From: Trichinella spiralis
Taxonomy: Eukaryota
Direction of reading: 5' to 3'
Assembly: GCF_000181795.1 (NCBI RefSeq)
Contig: NW_003526945.1
Span: forward strand, 5,185,094-5,249,093
Length of the DNA stretch: 64,000 bases
In this document: piece by piece, positions 1 through 12,400 of the stretch
Position numbering within the stretch: the stretch's first letter is position 1
How the letters are laid out: the number at the start of each line of letters is the position of its first letter
Notes under the pieces: generated by a model
What the model was told of the DNA's origin: nothing
Database searches by the model: none
Seen by the model: the letters and a program-made list of their open reading frames with translations, nothing else
Position numbers and translations under genes: made by a program

Positions 1-314
1 TTTTCGTATGCCATTAGCATTTGAACAAAATCAATTATTTTCCATCAGTAGTTCTGACATGGACGTCATTCTGAATTTTGACCACAACCTTTCAACAAAT
101 AGCTGAGCTTTGAGACTGCAAGCTATGATGCTCCTTTCGTCTTCACCCTTCTTTCAACTTTTTCGTCTTTATTACAAATCGGCTACGACGTTATCTTTGT
201 AGAACCCACTTGCATTTCATTTCATGGATGCTACCAAAATTACAACTCGTCTTCTACGTTCTGTCGTTCATACAATTCCATGATGCTTCCAAATTCATAA
301 AATGCACGCATACT

Positions 315-600
315 CTATTGTGCTGGACAGAGAGAAATAGAAGTGATTCAACTTTTCTTTCAACAGATCTTTCTCATTAGTTTCTCCATGTTAACAGACA
401 TTTCGGATCGGTTCACAGCTCTTAAAGTAAAAATTCTTTGAGAGAAATTATCCAATGTCGATAGAATCATCATCTGCCAATGTGCTATTGCTTAACAAAC
501 GCTTCATTTATAATTCAGCCTATCATACTCTCTGAAATTATATTTCCAAGCCTTAATGATGTCACTTGAAAAAGTACTAAACAGCACCCGTCACACAACA
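315..600 (-). mobile_element. Possible highly decayed non-LTR retrotransposon reverse-transcriptase fragment
   Basis: Minus-strand peptides in shifting frames, with stops, occur in LINE RT motif order: RVLFSTFSSDII (cf. PxLF), KRLLSNSTLADD (cf. L.FADD), EMSVNMEKLM (cf. GL.IN..KT..M), then EKLNHFYFSLSSTI (cf. F.YLG..I). Recognised by eye only. Confidence 0.3.
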
Positions 601-824
601 GTGAATGTGTTGGTCCATTAGCTGTGTTGTAAAGACATAGCTTTACAGTCTATTAAAGTTTTCAGGTATTAATCATGTAACGGTAAGTAACTATGAACAA
701 ATAAAAATATTTTTTAAATTCCAGTAACATGCAACTTATTTTCAATCTCATCAACAAGACAAAACTTTACTGCATCGCATTTAAATATATGGGCATTTCT
801 ATTGTAGACATGCTCCTTAATTAC

Positions 825-1401
825 TGTAGCGTACAGAAGGCCTTCGTAACTACTGATGTTCAGGTTCTTCTGGCGAATCGAGCGGTGGAATAAATCCCCG
901 TCTAGAAGAATATGGATATAGAGTAAACGAAAAAACAGATTTTTGGATGAAAACGTTTATTATGATAAACCAACACAACAAAATCGATCGACCACCCAAT
1001 AGCTCTTGATGCAGAGTATTTCTTTTTGCAACTATTCTACTGACCAGTGCTCTGCGCACTTAACAAACAAACAATTCTTTTCTGAATGCCGTTCACAGCA
1101 GATGCATATAGGTGTTTTGCGCAGCCACTTTCTTTGTTCCTTCGATCAATTTTTCGTACTTTCTCTTAGCATTTCCGGTGTTGTTGCCGATTTTCACCCA
1201 CGCACTCAACGGGCTTTAGCGGATGGAGCTTACTTGCTTCCCACGCGGCTTCACGTTTCCATCTAGCAGTTTTGCTGCTAATCTATCACGGCTGTCAAAT
1301 TCTTATCAGCGAGCACGTGAACCATGTTATGAAGAAGCTTATCTAACCTGAAGCGTCAGCGTAAACACGCCTTTCCCACGGCGTGGTACAATCCCCCTTC
1401 C
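825..1401 (-). mobile_element. Candidate 3' LTR with polypurine tract
   Basis: On the minus strand, GGAAGGGGGA (1401-1392) is followed by T and then TGTACC (from 1390). The segment ends ...GCTACA at 825, giving TGTA...TACA termini, has an AATAAA at 961-956 and is more GC-rich than its right flank. No partner LTR or gag/pol was seen. Confidence 0.3.
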
Positions 1402-3590
1402 ATTTTATTTTATATTTGCACATATTATTTTATAATGTATGAAATTTATAAATAGCTAAGTTAAAGAACAACAGGATATGGACAATTTTTGTATGGAATG
1501 ATTGTTGTTTTAGAAACAGAAATTCGTTCACTGTGAAAATTATGACAATTAGTTGTGAGATTATTTCGAATATTTGTTTCAATCGTCCGAAAATGTTAAA
1601 TACTTTAAAGTGAATAAACAAATATGAAAATTATGATCAGTTTTGAAATTATCATTTTTCCAAAAGATCTGTGAAGGAAATGGAAAAATCTCAGAAAAAT
1701 TAAGTTCCGAAATGTTAGGAATATTGCATAAATATGTGCATTCAAAAACGGAACGTTGAATATAATTCACACAACGTTTCAATTACTTGAAAATAACTCA
1801 CCATACTTAAAAAAGACGATGTATTTGCATACTCGATTTGCATAATAAATTGATGGAGTGAAGTGTCAACTTTAGCTTTCTGAAATGCTAATTTTGTGGT
1901 TTGTTTTAATTTTATGGTTGATTTCATTTGAACAGCCATTTCTTCTTTGACATAAAGCAAGTGTAAAAATTCTATACTCCAAAAATTAACAATTCAGCTT
2001 CGTTTCATATTCCAAAAGTGATGATCCAGTCATGAATTGCTTCCAAATATTCCCTTTGTAGGTTGTACGTCGGAAGCAAGTCCATTGATTGAGTTGGTTT
2101 TTTGATCGTCGATTTTTGCGTGTGATTATTTTTCCATAAAAACTGGCTGATATTATCCACTTTTGTGCTTGTCTTTGATGAAGCAGACACATTCGGTGTG
2201 CATTTATTTTTTGACAAAATTTCCATCATTATTGAGGCAATGCATTCAGGAGCAGTGATAACAATGTTCAGTTTTCTAATTATCGAGGTCTCTCGATTAG
2301 AGATGATCTGTTTTGCAGCCCACCAAGTGTTATCAGATTTAATTAAATCGACTTGCTGCTTTTCGTTAATAGTTACTGTCCAGATTTCTTCCGTGCTAGT
2401 TAGCAGCTCAATGCTAACTCTATTATCATCAACATCAATTTTCTGTCTACAGTATTCACTGTGTGCAGTGTTTCTGAGCAATCTTTGTCACATCCACCAA
2501 TGCAGTAGTACGCTGGAAAATTTTTAGTTTTTTAAGAACTTACTGATCTGTACAATGTAGTCATTGTTGAACTTCGACGTACGCAGTTGTAACTGAACAA
2601 CAGCAATTTTCTTCTGCGGTGGGCGATTGCAGTGTTTGCTTAGTTTCGTCACATTTTCGTCAAATCATATAGCGCCTGCGGATAGCCATCATTGCTGGAG
2701 TAGTAGCAGCGTGTATGCTGACGAGTATCATCATTTTATTTAGTTTCCAATTAAAAGATTGTTCATCATTTTTGGAATTTGCATTTCAAATGTTCTGTAT
2801 AAGAAGACAACAGAAATCATGCTCAGCTTGATGAAAAGCTTCAATTTGACTGTTCATAGCCAGTTTTAATTGAATTTAATTCTTGCCTCTAATTTTATTG
2901 CTCATTTAATAGCATCTGCGCTACGTTTTGATATATTTGATATCATATTATGGGTTTGACAATTATTCTCTATAGTGACAGTGTCCAAATTCACAAAATG
3001 TTGAAGAAAAGATCAAATTGTCCGTGTTCATTGTTGTGGTTCTCGTCAGGTACAAAAGAGTTCAATTTGGGTTTACATGAATTGATGCAAAAATGCAGGG
3101 CTATATTGATTTATAGAAAAAATTTAATTCAATAATCAAACGAAGAAGTAACTGCAGAAAAAGTTTTTGTTGCAGAGTTTCATTTGAAATTAAAACCTAC
3201 TTACGGAGAAATAGAAATTTCAAAATTTTCCAGTGTATTTTCATGACTGCTTGAAGAAAGGTTGATGCGTCTTTTGTAATAAAGCTTTGATAAAATGGAC
3301 TCTTTTTGGAAACCATGCAAGTCACTTGCCATGTAAAAAATTGCATTACCACCGCATAGTGTCATTTTTATCCTGTGTTTCATCTGAAACATTTGAAAAG
3401 CTCAGATGCTCATTAAAAGACGTGCATCAACAGTAATTTGCTTGGAGTTGCATTACTGATTAGTTGAATCAATTATGAAGGCTAGGTAATTAGTAGTAAA
3501 CTTTACAATACGAAAACAGAAGAATATTATTATACGAGTGAGTGAACTTGTTTCTTGTAAAACGGTAACTTGTCATTTGAATAATATGAA

Positions 3591-3592
<2 letters not shown>

Positions 3593-3627
<35 letters not shown>

Positions 3628-3679
3628 TTATTTATTTATTTATTTATTTATATTTATTTATTTATTTATTTATTTATTT
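3593..3679. repeat. Compound microsatellite (TA)n-(ATTT)n
   Basis: Read directly from the sequence. Confidence 0.95.
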
Positions 3680-5233
3680 CTGATAAAATTTTATTCACCA
3701 ATGCTATGTATAACAATTTTTTGAAGAGTAAATGAATTTGTAATTTTCTGTTGGCAATATATCTTTTCAGTACAACTTCAAAGCAGTGAAATATGTAAAA
3801 ATGTATACAAGCAAAAACATAGCGCTGCTATTAGCAAACAAAATAAAATGATTAAAGTAAAAATAATAAATGATAAAGACAGCTCGAAGCTTTTAATAAC
3901 AATAAAACTATTCAAAAATCCAAAAATTGCTGACAAAATTACTATTCAAACATACTTTTCAAGAATGCTAATTCAGTAAAACTCTTGTCTTCATCTACAG
4001 TTCCTTTACAAAATACAACTAATATAACATTTTCATGTGATGAATTTTTAATCAGAAATAAATGAAAAAAAAATATTTTTCTATTCTTTTTTATGCAGAT
4101 TTTCAAAAAATGAGCCGTTTCGATAAAACGTAAAAGCGTAGAGAATATAAATAATGCTAAAATAATGTTTGAATAATACCTTGCATTAGATTGATTAGAA
4201 TATAGTTCCAAATATGCCTGCTTTCAAAAACTTATGATATCTGAAATTATTTTAAAAAACTTAAATTATCATTTTACAGCTTTCTCAGCTTGTTTATTTG
4301 TAAGTAAGGAAGAAAAATGCTGAAATGAATAATAAATCAATGCAGTGTCAAGAGTCACCTATATCAATAGTAAATATGTGATACAATATAAATATAGATT
4401 TTAATAATCAGCTCATAAACTAAACTGGTGAACTGCAAGAAATATAGCTGTTTGCAAAGAATTAACAAATGAACAGTTGCTTACGCTATGCTAAGGAAGA
4501 GTTGCGCTAATTATCATCCACTGATGTTACAATTTTAATGTCTTAATGACAAATGTTTTAATTTTCAGGAAGTTCAGAGTAATCAGTAAGATAAGTTTCT
4601 AAATAAATGGCTTCGATCAGACTAATACAACTGCTCAGTTGCAAAGCCGTTGTTGTCGTCAATCCTTTTGAATAGGTTTCGTAGTAACAAATTTGCTGAC
4701 TGATTAATGTTAATAAAGTGATGACATGACATATGCACACGCAAATATTGGAGCTTTGTTTTTTTTGATACAATTTGAATTGATGGGATAAATAGATGAA
4801 AGTTATCTTGGAACAATAAAACAAATGTTGTTTCTTTCCAAGCAGAAAAAATGAAAAGAGCAGAAAACGAAGAAGGAAAGCGGTGAAGATCAGCAACGAT
4901 CATCGATTGTCAAAGCAACGTGGTTGAGAAGAAAACAGTAAGCTGATTATAAGGATTGTCAACGACGAAGCAAAGTGGAGAGCACCAGAGTAAGAGCTCA
5001 CAGATGCCAATTAGTGATGCTTATTTTCGGAGTTGCTGTCTGTCAATTGCTTTCAGTTTTCCCTTAGCTATTAAACATGCTAGCAAGCACAACGCAGCCT
5101 GCTAGTTTTGCCTTTTACAAATTCATGCCTCCCTGTTCCAAGCTTCTTTGCAATTACTTGTTCGTCTTAAAATATACAATACGACTGGTTACAACGCTTT
5201 AAATTTTAGAACATCGAACCGGGTGAACATCTA

Positions 5234-8200
5234 ATGATGGATTCAGAAAATCGAATTATTCTCAATGTTGGTGGAGTGCGTCATGAAACTTACAAGCACG
5301 TTTTAAAAAAGATTCCTGCCACGAGACTTTCTCGACTAACCGAAGCACTGGCCAATTATGATCCTGTCCTGAATGAGTACTTTTTTGATCGCCATCCTGG
5401 AGTTTTTGCTCAAATTCTCAATTACTATCGTACAGGTAGATTTAAAAATTTTTACTATTCAAATTTACCATGCATGCTGTTGGAGGGTTTTTATAATTGT
5501 ATATACTTTAGTTTTAAAAAAGACTGATTTCTAATATCATCGATAATTGCATTGCTTTAATCAAATAATATTATTGAACCAATAAAAAATTTCTTTTAAT
5601 AAGGGAAAGCAATTTGCATCATGCTGTGGCATAATTTCATTACAACATCTTCTTTCTGTCATCTTGTCAACATAGTTTGTTAATTGCTTAAAGAATGAAC
5701 TTCCTAAACAGATATACTGAATATTCTTGAAATGATAATTTTTAAAAATTTTGATTAATTGAAGGATTTGATTTTCGATTAGTCTCATTTCGCATTGCAT
5801 TGTGCGAAAAAGAAGAAAATGGATTTGCTTTCCGTGAAATTTAGCTGATATCCGTTCTCCAGGTTTACGTCACTTTTTAACACCAGCAAAAACAAAAGTT
5901 ATAAATCGATATCTTGATTATTTGAAGAAATTGAGTGGAAATAACACTCAAAGCAGTGCATATAATCAAGTTTTAAAACTAAATAAATACTAAACTTTGT
6001 TCGTTTTCTGATGCTTTTGAACAAATGCTATCCAAACGTTGCGTGCAGAAATGTGAAATGGAAATGTAGAACATTCAAAACTTCAAAATTTGGGCACAAT
6101 ATCATTGTAATGGAGCATTTTTAATAAACGGACATATATATACTTATTTATATATTTATAATACACTTTTTTATCAAAAAATATGGATTGGAAATGCTTT
6201 TGTTGGATTTTTCCAACGAAAACAAATTAACATTAACACATTGCATGGCAGTTTCCATTTTTGTAATCCAATCATGCGAAAGTAAATTTTAATGTGCCGA
6301 CATTCGCAAGTTATGACCTTTTTTTAACTTCTGTTCAATATTGATTTTACACACATAAAAGTCATATTGAAAATGAATGTTTTTTTTATAATAATAAATA
6401 ATAATAGTAATAATGTTTTAGGAGAAAAATGTAGTTACAAGCTGTAAAATTTTTAAGTGGTGGTTGCATTGTCATCTAGTCACTTCTGAGAATACCTTTT
6501 ATTCACAGCTATGACATTTTGAAATCAATTTGCAATAATCAATGCATTCTACATGATTTCTGATATTTTTTTAACTTTTTGAAGGCAAAAAAAGTTTAAT
6601 GTTTTTCATTTATATGACCATGTTAACAACAGAAAACTTTTCACGCAAAAAGTGGGATTACAAAATTCACCGATAATTTGGCTGTTGATTGTTGATGCAC
6701 AATAAAATTCACAAGCCTGACAAACAAAGTAATAGTTCTCACGTTACACGTACCATTTTTAAACCGACTGATAAATTGATTTACTCTAAAATTAGATAAG
6801 CAAGTAGCATCTGTCTGATTAAGAAATGCAATCTTCCGCATACGCATTTTAAAACGTACACGATCAGATAATTAGAGTTATAACATAAAGTATTCATATG
6901 CAGAATATGCAATATGATTAGTTTATATTTTATTTTGAAATATTTCATGCAATATTTAAATAAAGCATGACAAAACTTAATTATAGTAATAATAAATCTA
7001 TTTAAAAGTGAATGAAGTTAAAAAAATTGTTCAAAGAATGCATTTTAAATTGTCGCATTTCCATTTATCATTGCATCATATCATTTCATTTTACTTCATT
7101 TGCAAATTTCTCCACTGAATCAAATGGATCAAAATTACAATGCCAAAATCATAGATTATTACAGCGTGTATTTACATTCACATTTTTTTGCAAATTTTAC
7201 GCACGTTTATTTTATAAAAAAAATGTTCATAAAATTAATTGCACACTATTCATGCCACAACTGAATGAACATTTCTACCCTTGTGGAATGCTCTTAAAAG
7301 CCTTTTTCTATATATTTTGCTGCATTTACAGTGTTCTGACATTTTTTTGCTCAATTTCAGCTTTAAAGTGTCATCAAAATGTCCTCGCTATATTTAATAT
7401 AGATTTCATTAGCAATACAATTTCAATTAGATACTTGGTTTGTAGTTTCTTACATTACTAAATATTCAGTACGAAACAGCTTTGATAAATGATAAACGTA
7501 AAATTATTGTAACTGTACGATGCAAACTAAATCAGTACACACGCTATTTTACATTTGAAGGAAAGCTGCATTATCCAACAAACGTTTGCGGTCCACTTTT
7601 TGAAGCAGAGTTAGAATTCTGGGGCCTAGACGCAAATCAGGTAGAACCTTGCTGCTGGATGACGTATACCCAACACAGGTAGAAATGCATGCTCATCACA
7701 AAGAGGTCACGTGAATAATTAATGCAGCTTTTTGTGAAGGGATACTAAAGAAACGTTAACAGTGATAGACCAACTTGACATCGACAACGACCGATTGAGC
7801 GAAGAAGAAATTGCCAAAAAGTTTGGATGGGAAGACGATTACTTAGCGGGAAAGCTTTCTCAGTGGCAACGTCTTAAGCCAAAGGTGTGGTCACTGATTG
7901 ACGAACCCTGGTCGTCGTCTTACGCTCGAGTATGATTGGCATAAAATATGATGCAAAAAGTCATTCATTTCAATTTGAGCTTTTTTAAAAATATCTCATT
8001 GCAGGTTGTATCCGTTATATCGGTGTTTTTCATTTCGCTGTCAATTTTTACATTTTGCATCAAAACACATCCTGGTTTTCGTATACCAAAGTTGCGCACA
8101 GTGAACACACTGGCAGAGAATTATTCATCGTCGACAAACTCATTTAACAGTACAACTTTGTTTGCAATGAACCAAGAAGATATTGGCAACCCTGAAATAT

Positions 8201-8889
8201 TTTTCCTCATTGAGCTCATCAGCAACATTTGGTTTGCATTTGAACTGTCCGTCAGATTTGTCTTCTGCCCAAACAAGAGCAAGTTTGTTCGCGCTCCAAT
8301 CAACATCATTGATTTGATAGCCACGTTGTCATTTTACGTCGACTTAGTGATCGAATCCATGTCACTCAACATTAACCAAGATACCATTGAACTGTTCAGT
8401 ATAATTCGCATTATGCGACTGTTTAAGTTAACACAGCATTCATCAGGCTTGAAAATTTTAATTCAAACCTTTCGAGCCAGTGCCCAAGAACTGACTTTAC
8501 TTGCCTTTTTCATTTTATTAGGAATAGTTGTGTTTGCTGCTTTAATTTATTATGCAGAAAGAATGCAACCAAACCCGCACAATGATTTTGATAGCATACC
8601 TCGTGGTCTGTGGTGGGCAATTGTGACAATGTGCACAATTGGATTCGGTGATATGGTGCCGAAAACTTACATGGGCATGCTGGTCGGTAGCTTGTGCGCT
8701 TTGACCGGTGTGCTTACGATTGCCCTTCCAGTGCCGGTTATTGTCAGCAATTTTGCAATGTTCTATTCACACGCTCAAGCACGAGCAAAACTCCCAAAGA
8801 AAAGACGCAGGGTGCTGCCTATCGACCAAGCGAAGCTTCAAGTTGTAAAAGCGAATGCGCATCACAATCTTAGCTCATTGCACACTTAA
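5234..8889 (+). CDS. Shaw: Voltage-gated potassium channel, Shaw/Kv3 (KCNC) subfamily, about 464 aa
   Basis: Exons 5234-5435, 7561-7678, 7740-7929, 8005-8889, all GT-AG and in phase. T1 domain [19 protein letters not shown]...[52 protein letters not shown]4 [13 protein letters not shown]; pore [16 protein letters not shown]6 [12 protein letters not shown]-terminal [12 protein letters not shown]. An in-frame acceptor at 5209 may be a trans-splice site or may join an upstream exon. Confidence 0.97.
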
Positions 8890-8952
8890 TTTTTTGCTGA
8901 TTTTATCACTTTTATGCATACTAATTTTCCAAACAAACTGAAGGATATAAGA

Positions 8953-8978
8953 AATAAATAAACAAAGCGAATTTTATT
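8953..8978. terminator. Convergent polyadenylation signals between Shaw and chordin
   Basis: AATAAA on + at 8953-8958 and 8957-8962; AATAAA on - at 8978-8973. Confidence 0.5.
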
Positions 8979-9401
8979 TATTTAGCATTGTATCAAATTT
9001 TCATAATAGATAGACATAGACAGAGAGACAGAAGGAAAAAGCAAACTGAGCTAAAAGGGAACAAAAAATAGCCTATTCTAAACTAAAAGTTCATAAACGG
9101 ATCATAATATCATTGCAAACATCAAAGCATGCGCAAATTGGCAGATGCTGCCGCTTGATATTCTCTACAAAATGATACTCTGCCCACGTTAACACCAATT
9201 ATCATCAACTCGAGCTGTTCTTGTCGAGAAGACAGTATTGTATTGTTGGCTATTTTTGTGTGACATGAAATTGCCAACAAAATGCAATAAATGAAATTTT
9301 AAATGGCATGACTACAGAACAGTTCAGCAAGGAAAAAGAAAAATAGAAAAAAAGAACTGAAAATACCAGGATTCTGCACTGAAATAATTTGCGCATCAGT
9401 T

Positions 9402-12400
9402 TCAACGATCTCTACTCCCACCTTCAGCTGATGCTACGGAGCTAAAAACAAAATGTTTGAATATTATACTTTAAATATTAATCAAATTAAAAATTTCATC
9501 TCAAAAAATTAAATTTATAAATTTGTGAATAAACACAACCAAAAACTGAATATGATTTTGTCCAATACAGCAAATAATAATGTCGTAAGTAAATTTCTAC
9601 TCGCTTGAATTATTCTATAAAATAATCATTCTGCATACATTTATTCTTTTTTCTGAGAAACTGATTAACCTAATAGGGTTTTCGTTTTACATGCACATTA
9701 TTTAAAAACGGCAAGTGCATAATTGCATACGAAATATGCTAATAAAAATTGAAACATGTCGTCTACAATTGAAAGCCATGCTGTTGTTCTCGTTCGTTGC
9801 AAATGCTGAACACATTTTTGGCCATGGCAAGCGTGATGAATGTAAACTACACTAATTCTTTTTTAATTTAATATAATTTAATTAACTTTAATCCTTAATA
9901 AATTCCATTTAATTAATAATAAAAATTATAAATAGAGTTATGAAAATTAAAATTCATCCTACTTTCATTGTAAGTTGCAAAAGAAATATGAATTCGATTA
10001 AACAAACAAGCAGATTTATTATTACAACTACCCTATCCACAATAAAATGTAGCATTATCAAGCTTCGCGTACAGACAAGAACATATATGATAAGGTGCTA
10101 GCATTGCAATTGGCATTACGTAATTCCATGTGCATCATGCAGTGCTGAAGAAGAATAAAATGGTAACTAATGATGACATCACTCATCACCACACGCAAAA
10201 CGATTCTTTGAATTATTTATGCAAAATAAACTTTATCTCAGTCAGCAGCTTAAGTTTCATCTTTATGAATGAGGATTCAAAAATAAAAGTTTAGTTCACT
10301 TATTTGCCCAAACAAACAATTAATTAATTATACCTCTCACTGTGGTGTCATTTGTAGGCAGAAATGAAAAGTAAACTTAATAAATGCGACTAGCTACTGA
10401 AAACAGCTTAAAAAGTAACCAACCATCAGAAAGAAAGAAAACATTTTAATCACCTTAATTCTCCGAATGCCTTATGCACAGAAACTGGTAATTTTAAATG
10501 AAAAAAAAGTATATGAAAAAGGAAACACTTACATTTACACCTTGGACAGCAACCGTTGATTCTTGATCGATCATTACAAGGAAGTGAGCTACAAGACGGA
10601 CGTTGACAGAATACTCTGCCGTTCTAAAGCAAAATATGCAAAATTCAAGCGTTAACAATCGTTTTTGTTTGTACAATACTAATTAAAATTGCAAATTTTA
10701 TCAATCATTTCAATTCGTAGGCCTGGGCATTTGTTTCATTGTTATCAATATCAAACATGAACAAAAATTTGATAATAAGCTTAACATATCTTTTCTTAAT
10801 AACAGCTTAACATAATAAGCTTAACATGATAACACTTTTTTATCAGCACAAGCTTTAATGTCATTGATAGAAAATTTAGTCTTTTATTACAATATTGTTT
10901 ATGCTTTGTAAAGCATTCGAATATAATTTAACTGAGCTCTACAATAATATAGCGACAGCAAACAAATTATTATTTAACATTTTAAACATTGATTTCTAAA
11001 AATTATTTCAAACATTTTTTGTTCAAAAAGAATATCATAATGTTACGTTAAATTGTTATTGGTATTTTATCACACAAATATATGTTGACACAACAGTAAT
11101 AACTATAATATTATGGGCATAAACATATGCATATGATAATGAGCATAATTAAAGTAATTAAAGTGCATAATGTGCAACTAAATTTACAATTTGTGCTTAT
11201 TATTTATGGAAGAATATAAATTTAAACATAATCATTTTTGTAATGCTGCAGTAATTGAAAAGTCATTAAAACTTGCTAGATAACAATGTCGATAATTCAA
11301 TACGTAAACATATCAAGCTATATATATGTATATTAATATAACAACTGTGTCTATAAAAAAGTTAAAGTATTAATTTTTGAAATTTCAGAATTGAAAAAAA
11401 ATATACGTATGATAAAGTCAATGTGAAATTAGTAAATAGCATTATAGCAATAATTCATAAAATTTCTTACCTGACATTTGCATGTGATGCACTTTAGTGA
11501 ACCAAGATGCAAAATTTTTGGAGCAAACACACTTTTGTCTTGATGCCACTGATTGTTGAAAAAGCAGCTACCAGGCGAAGCATCGCCCTGCAAAGAACTG
11601 CTAGTCACAGGCATCACTTGTTCAGTGATTTCAGTTCTTTGTACAACATCTTTACATTTCGGACAACAATCGAGCGCATTTTCACGATATCGTAAGTTGG
11701 GCGGGCATGCCGGAGTGGGGCAAGTCGTTTTTCTGCACATCACTTCGCTTGTGGAATGCTTAAATTAAAAAATTACAAATTCCAATAGTGAAACCACTAC
11801 TCAACGTTACAAGGCATGTGCAAAGTGCGCATCGACTGTATCCGAATGGTGGAAGATAAGGATGCCAAGACGAACCGGCAGCGTGCCATTTGTTATCCGC
11901 AGTCCAAAAGCAGCCTGTTCATAATTATTAATGCAATTATAATCACATAGAACAGAATACTTTTAATTATTATTAATGAGTAAAATATGCTAAAAAAAAA
12001 ATAACTTTCTACTTCATTTATGAAAAGTATACCTATACTATACTATACTATACTACAGTATCGTAATTTGCATAATAATTTATATTCAAGATAAAATATT
12101 ATTACGTATAAAGTCACAAGAACTTTATGCTGATGCAATAAATCAGAAAGCAAATTGTGCGCAATTTTATTCATTGTCAAAAAATGTGGTTGAATATAAA
12201 AATTTTACTACTTTAAACAAAAAACCTGAACATTTTCAAAACTACTTTCAACTGATAAGAAAAAACAAATGATTTTATTATTGATTTATGATAAATTTTT
12301 AGAAGTAAATTTCCATTCCTTGTCATTTATACTTGAGCAAATTTCTCAAATAAAAAAATTTCAATATGCTTTAAATTATTGACATTTTTGATATATTTTA

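Noticed and set aside
1600..3400. 158-aa minus-strand ORF (2005-2481) and neighbouring coding-like fragments
   Set aside because: No recognisable family, no ATG near the listed start and no consistent exon chain. Possibly a decayed element, but I cannot support a call.
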